Below are positions 60,036 to 64,000 of a stretch of DNA of 64,000 nt, in pieces. The notes below the pieces were generated by a model, which had not been told where the DNA came from, searched no databases, and saw only the letters and a program-made list of their open reading frames with translations. How positions within the stretch are numbered: position 1 is the first letter of the stretch; every line of letters starts with the position of its first letter. The DNA lies in NCBI GenBank assembly GCA_000092065.1, contig CP000583.1. The stretch is one strand, 5' to 3'. The DNA is from Ostreococcus lucimarinus. Taxonomy: Eukaryota. A program made the position numbers and the translations under genes.

Positions 60036-61773
60036 TCATCCTAATCTGTCCGCCATCGCTCCCCAGGTATCGTTGAGGCGACTGTACGGTTTTCTGTCGT
60101 CGCGGCGCGGACCTCCTCCACGACTCGGTCCTCCTCGCCCTCTATCGCCTCCTCGCCCTCTATCGCCTCCTCGCGATGGACCCGGCGGGCCGGGTGGAAC
60201 GATGTGCGCCCACTTGCAGCTATTACCGCGTCGGCATCGACCGACGCTAAAGTCGTAGCACCGTTGCTGGCCGCCGTTCCCGCCGTTCGCCGATACTCGA
60301 TGGCCGTTCAAGACGTCGCGCATGGCGTCTCTAGCCCGCCCACGCGCGCCCTTATCGTGACTGAAAATGAGCACTAGTTCTTTCTCTGGCTCATCATCCG
60401 GATCGGGTATGTTGAAGCAAAACGTTCCAGTGTTTTGTTCGATGAGCCGGAGCGTGGCGCCGCCTGTGCCGTAGATACGGCTGATGCCGCCGAAGCCAGA
60501 TTTACACGGGAAAACGGTGACATCGTTGCGATCTTTAAACGAAATATCCGTTCCTAACGTCCCTTTCTGTTGCTTCAACAACCATCGAATGTAGTCCCAA
60601 CATCTCGCGCGTTCGTCGCGATCGCCAGTCATGATGCCGAGCATGCCGACGTACTCAAACGAGCACCCGGACGCCTTCGCGATTTTCCTTCGCGTCGATC
60701 CCTGCATCGAAAAATATACACTCAGTCAGTTTCCGTTCATAGCGCAGTTTGATGAGAAGATAAAACGAAAAAGAGTGGTTGATGAATGTACGGGTAGACA
60801 TGAAAGCGTTCACTCGCTGGACGGCATACTGGCCCACAGCGGCGAGACAGAAAACACCCGCATATTTCAGACAGAATTTATTCTTCGCACGAAAGAGAGC
60901 TCGAGTGATCTAACGTCCGACATGGTTTTGCCCCGGACGGATCTACTCGTCGTGCGTAAAATCAACAAAGAAGTACGAGAAAACGAATCGCGCGCGCGCG
61001 CGATCGAGACGACCTACCTCACGCCCCACCGCGAAACTCAACTCTTCCTCGTTCGCGAACGGCCACACGTCGAAACCCCAGCCGTCTCCCAAACCGTCTC
61101 CCGGCTGCTCAAACCTAATCTTCAGCTTCTTCTCCTCGTCCACGAACGTCCCAGGAATCTTACGCTCGATAGAACTCATCACTTGAAGTTCGCTTCCTCG
61201 CCTGCCTTTCCTATCCCCGCATATAATCAACTTCTCCGGCGCGTCCTCGGGATCCGTCGTCGGCTTGCCAAAGAACAGCAGCGTCCCGTTGTCGGCTTCA
61301 ATCCTTCGCAAACCTTGACCCGCCTTCCCCGTGACGTACGCCGTGCAATCCCCGGGCACTTCCATCACGCTCACATCCTCCATCACCGTCGACGTATCGA
61401 CGATTATCTTCCCCACTCGCTGTCGCAGCACCCACTCCACGTATCGCTTCGCCTTCGCGCGCGCCTCGGCGCTCCCCGAAATGTCCAGTCTCTGCCCCTC
61501 CGCGGCGTCGCCCTCGATCGCGGTGATCTCCAGCCGCGCGCCGGAGACGCGCATGAGCTTACGCTTCGTCGCGCCCTTGGCGCCGATCAAGAAACGGGCG
61601 TCATCGGTGGTTATCGTCGTCGAATCGACCTCGTCGGCGGGTCGCGGCGGCGCCGTCGACGACGGGTCGCGCGGCGCGTTCGCGTCGACGGGGGCGTCCC
61701 GGACGTCGACGTCGGGTTCGGGGGAGCGCTGGCGACCACCCTCATCGTCGTACGTCGGGACGTCCGCGTCCAT
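60036..61773 (-). CDS. KH-domain + CCCH zinc-finger RNA-binding protein. Exons ~61773..61018 and 60701..60036
   Basis: Exon 1 has KH-like GxxG loops (FLIGAKGATKRKL, YVTGKAGQGLRRI). Exon 2 has another KH-like unit, a CCCH finger (CYDFSVGRCRRGNSCKWAH) and RGG/GDRGRGG repeats. The junction is GAG|GTAGGT at 61017, then an AT-richer 316-nt intron with AACTGACTGAG 25 nt before GATGCAG|GGA at 60702. The track 'MQ' start of the downstream ORF is intronic. The likely ATG is MDADVPTYDD near 61773. Confidence 0.65.
60702..61017 (-). other. intron (316 nt) of KH/CCCH gene: donor GAG|GTAGGT, acceptor GATGCAG|GGA
   Basis: The upstream ORF runs into a stop 24 codons past the donor. The intron is visibly AT-richer than flanking exons. 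ACTGAC branch-like motif present. Confidence 0.6.
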
Positions 61774-61954
61774 GACCGCGACGAGGCGCGGAGAGCGCGA
61801 CAATGGCGATCGATCGAGATCCACGGGGACGCCGCGAAGGCGGTCGCGGCGCGGCGCGGCGCGATTCGTGGGAATCGTGGTAATGTACAGCGCGCTCGCG
61901 AAGCTATGGGCTAATGAACTAGAAAAAAAAGAAAACGAAACGGCGACGCGGCGC

Positions 61955-62929
61955 TCAGCCGGTGAAGTAAAAGTCCATCTCCTCGGTGGTCTTGTTGAGC
62001 TCGTGAACGTTGACCTCGTCCCAGGGGACGAAGACGAGCGTGGAGAGACCTCGGTTGGCGACGCGAACCTCCGCGGTGCCGTCGAACTTTTGGGCGCAGA
62101 TGCCGAGACCTCGACGGTAGAGCGCCTCTTCGTCGTCGACGGCGCGCCATTCTTCGTCTGTGGGCGTGGGGGGGTCGTTATCGCCGTCAACCATGGCTAT
62201 CTTGACGACGTCCAGTCGGTTCGACGCGCCGGGCTTGTTCTGCCGAAGGCGAACCCAAAAATAAGTCGCGCTCCACTCGCCGTTCGATTTCGGTCGAATC
62301 GCCTCGCAGCGCACTCGATCTTCACCGTCGATCGTGTATCCTCCGTGGCAGACCTCGTTCGAGCGCGCGCACGCCGCTCGATCCTTGAGAAGCTTGGCTT
62401 CATCGCGCAGCCGCCGCGGCGACGTCTTGCACACGAACTCGCCCGTGCGGTAGAATCTAAAGTACCTATAATACGCCACCAAGTGGCAGCACTTCGCGTT
62501 CTCCATAGTCTTCGCCCCGGGCTTGATGTAGGTGTTCCTGCTGACGTACAGCCCGTCCGTGCGCAAGCGCAAGCGTTGCTGGAACATGGCGCGATAGCTC
62601 CCGTGTCTGCTTTTGCGCGCCGCCGTCTCCGCGGCGCTCTCTCGGTGCGCGAACGCGTCCACGCAGAAACCGCGCCAGACATCGATGTCGTGCGCGTACA
62701 CAAAGTCTCGAAACGCCGCGCACGTCGTGGCGAGTCGAGCGAACGCGCGCGGGCCGAGGCGCGAGGCGATTTCACAGAGCGAGTTTTCATCCAGCGCGCG
62801 CAGGATGGCGGGGACGTCCGCAGCGCACGGCGGTGGTCTCGCGCGACGGTCGTAGAAGGCGAGCCATGGACGGTTGAACATACTTCCGTCGTCGGCGGCG
62901 CGTGAGCGCGCCATGACGTCGGACGCCAT
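61955..62929 (-). CDS. F-box protein
   Basis: ATG 62929 (MASDVMARSRAADDG...); the track start 62962 is a GTG. F-box helix-loop (VPAILRALDENSLCEIASRLGPRAFARLATTCAAFRDFV). The C-terminal domain is non-repetitive and unassigned. Confidence 0.55.
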   Translation of the reverse strand: MASDVMARSRAADDGSMFNRPWLAFYDRRARPPPCAADVPAILRALDENSLCEIASRLGPRAFARLATTCAAFRDFVYAHDIDVWRGFCVDAFAHRESAAETAARKSRHGSYRAMFQQRLRLRTDGLYVSRNTYIKPGAKTMENAKCCHLVAYYRYFRFYRTGEFVCKTSPRRLRDEAKLLKDRAACARSNEVCHGGYTIDGEDRVRCEAIRPKSNGEWSATYFWVRLRQNKPGASNRLDVVKIAMVDGDNDPPTPTDEEWRAVDDEEALYRRGLGICAQKFDGTAEVRVANRGLSTLVFVPWDEVNVHELNKTTEEMDFYFTG

Positions 62930-63064
62930 GGACGCGGGCGCGCGAGGGCGCTCGAAGGGCACTTCGAGATGTGCGGACGACGTCGCCGGCGCGGTCGGGA
63001 ATCGGACGCGCGCTCTGCGTGACTAACTAACTGTTCCACTACAAATCAAAAACACTCCTCCTAG

Positions 63065-64000
63065 TTATCCCTGCTTCATCGGGTCGAACGAATCGAACGC
63101 TTCGACGAAGGCGGTCGTGCGCTCGGTTTCCTTCGCTTCGTCCTCCATGCAACTTTGCCAGTTCGCGCGCTCGGGAGCCTTGATGAGGTGAGAGATGACT
63201 TCGCGACCGAGCTGCATCCAGTGTTTCTCACCTCTCTCGATGGAGCGGATCAGGATGCAACCGTCTGGAAGATGCACGGCGTAGTATTCGCCGTCGCCAG
63301 CGACGGATTTGATGGCGGCTTGCGCGTCGGCGGCGTTCGCCGGAGGTTCGAGCTTCGTCCACGAAAAGTCTAAACGTTTCGCCGCTTGCTTGAATATCTT
63401 CTCCGAGAGCACAGCGCGATCGGCTTCGACGGGCACACAGTTCATGTGGCAGTGATTTCCACCTTTGCTTAGCAACTCGAGATAACGCTCGAAAATCACG
63501 AGCTTGTGACTCTTTGACTCGGCGTAACGACGCAACGCGCCAATGTAATTCCACATTTCAGTCGCCGTGCTCTCGGGTACGTTTGCAAAACACGGCAAGT
63601 GCTCGACGGGAACTATTTGACAGTGCTCATGCGTGAGACCACCCTTGTCCATGCTCACGAAACACTCGGAGCCTATGCTCGCTACCAAGTGCAAATCCTT
63701 CTCGTTTGACAAGCAGAACCAGCATCCGCCCGGGGCGACGCCCGGGGTCGGCCGACGCGGCTGTCGTTCCGATGGTGCATTTGCCATCTCCACCGTGATA
63801 TCTCTGCCGAAGAATGACGCTTGATTGCGCTCGAGTGCGGCTTGCGCTCCCTCCACAGTGGTGAATGAAATCCAACCGTAACCGCGACTTCGGTTGTTGT
63901 CTCGGTTGCGCGCCAATCTGAGGTCCACCAATTCGCCGCACTCACCAAAATACTCCGCGATGGCGCCTTCTTCGGCGTCCCACGACAAGTTTCGGACGTA
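63065..64000 (-). CDS. RRM + CwfJ C-terminal (CWF19-like, HIT-like) domain protein, 5' partial (runs off window end)
   Basis: RRM-like segment (GYGWISFTTVEGAQAALERNQASFFGRDITVEMA). CwfJ_C-type block (GCWFCLSNEKDLHLVASIGSECFVSMDKGGLTHEHCQIVPVEHLPCF). The C-terminus is at 63065; the ORF is open to the window edge. Confidence 0.65.
   Translation of the reverse strand, partial: YVRNLSWDAEEGAIAEYFGECGELVDLRLARNRDNNRSRGYGWISFTTVEGAQAALERNQASFFGRDITVEMANAPSERQPRRPTPGVAPGGCWFCLSNEKDLHLVASIGSECFVSMDKGGLTHEHCQIVPVEHLPCFANVPESTATEMWNYIGALRRYAESKSHKLVIFERYLELLSKGGNHCHMNCVPVEADRAVLSEKIFKQAAKRLDFSWTKLEPPANAADAQAAIKSVAGDGEYYAVHLPDGCILIRSIERGEKHWMQLGREVISHLIKAPERANWQSCMEDEAKETERTTAFVEAFDSFDPMKQG

Noticed and set aside
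1-64000. Organellar, viral or prokaryotic origin; mobile elements
   Set aside because: Nuclear housekeeping genes (proteasome, CCT, calnexin, ArfGAP) with spliceosomal introns and eukaryotic targeting signals. No transposase, integrase, LTR or TIR structures were recognised.

Overview
This 64-kb window is GC-rich (~64%) eukaryotic nuclear DNA with extremely dense gene packing: about 38 protein-coding genes, with intergenic spacers mostly 30-250 nt. I found no rRNA, tRNA, CRISPR array or mobile element. The gene content (calcium-dependent protein kinase with EF-hands, CYP97-like P450, a thylakoid-lumen-type FKBP with a twin-arginine signal), the compaction and the TGTAA motifs near 3' ends suggest a picoplanktonic green alga, possibly of the Mamiellophyceae/Micromonas type. 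That placement is an inference. Recognisable genes include a 3' fragment of a cyclophilin, gamma-SNAP, proteasome ATPase Rpt4, a GHMP sugar kinase, an SDR, USB1, a giant (3809 aa, 11.4-kb single-ORF) UBR4/BIG E3 ligase, a JmjC (KDM5/JMJ14-like) demethylase, an mTERF-like protein, a CDPK, an ER-type FKBP, a GATA/PHD-like zinc-finger gene, calnexin, a BRCT protein, a SOUL heme-binding protein, a thylakoid FKBP, CCT-theta, an F-box/LRR protein, a 1362-aa repeat protein, ArfGAP, DnaJ, a SWIRM-amine-oxidase (LSD1-like) demethylase, Nar1/NARFL, a P450, a DHHC palmitoyltransferase, a TPR protein, a KH+CCCH protein, an F-box protein and an RRM+CwfJ protein. Two caveats matter for reading the ORF track. 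First, its 'M' starts are often TTG/GTG codons, not ATG. Second, at least seven genes carry a short 5' exon (signal peptide, myristoylation site or conserved N-terminus) followed by an intron. Eight introns were reconstructed by hand from homology. All share GTG[A/C/G]G-type donors, an invariant ACTGAC branch-like motif 22-38 nt upstream of the first downstream YAG, and in several cases a recurring GATGGTTCG 9-mer. Other notable items are a near-perfect 78-bp x8 coding tandem array inside a protein with three copies of an unrecognised ~180-aa domain, a candidate metallothionein-like small ORF, obligately overlapping convergent 3' UTRs, and an ER-lumenal RDEL protein of unknown function.
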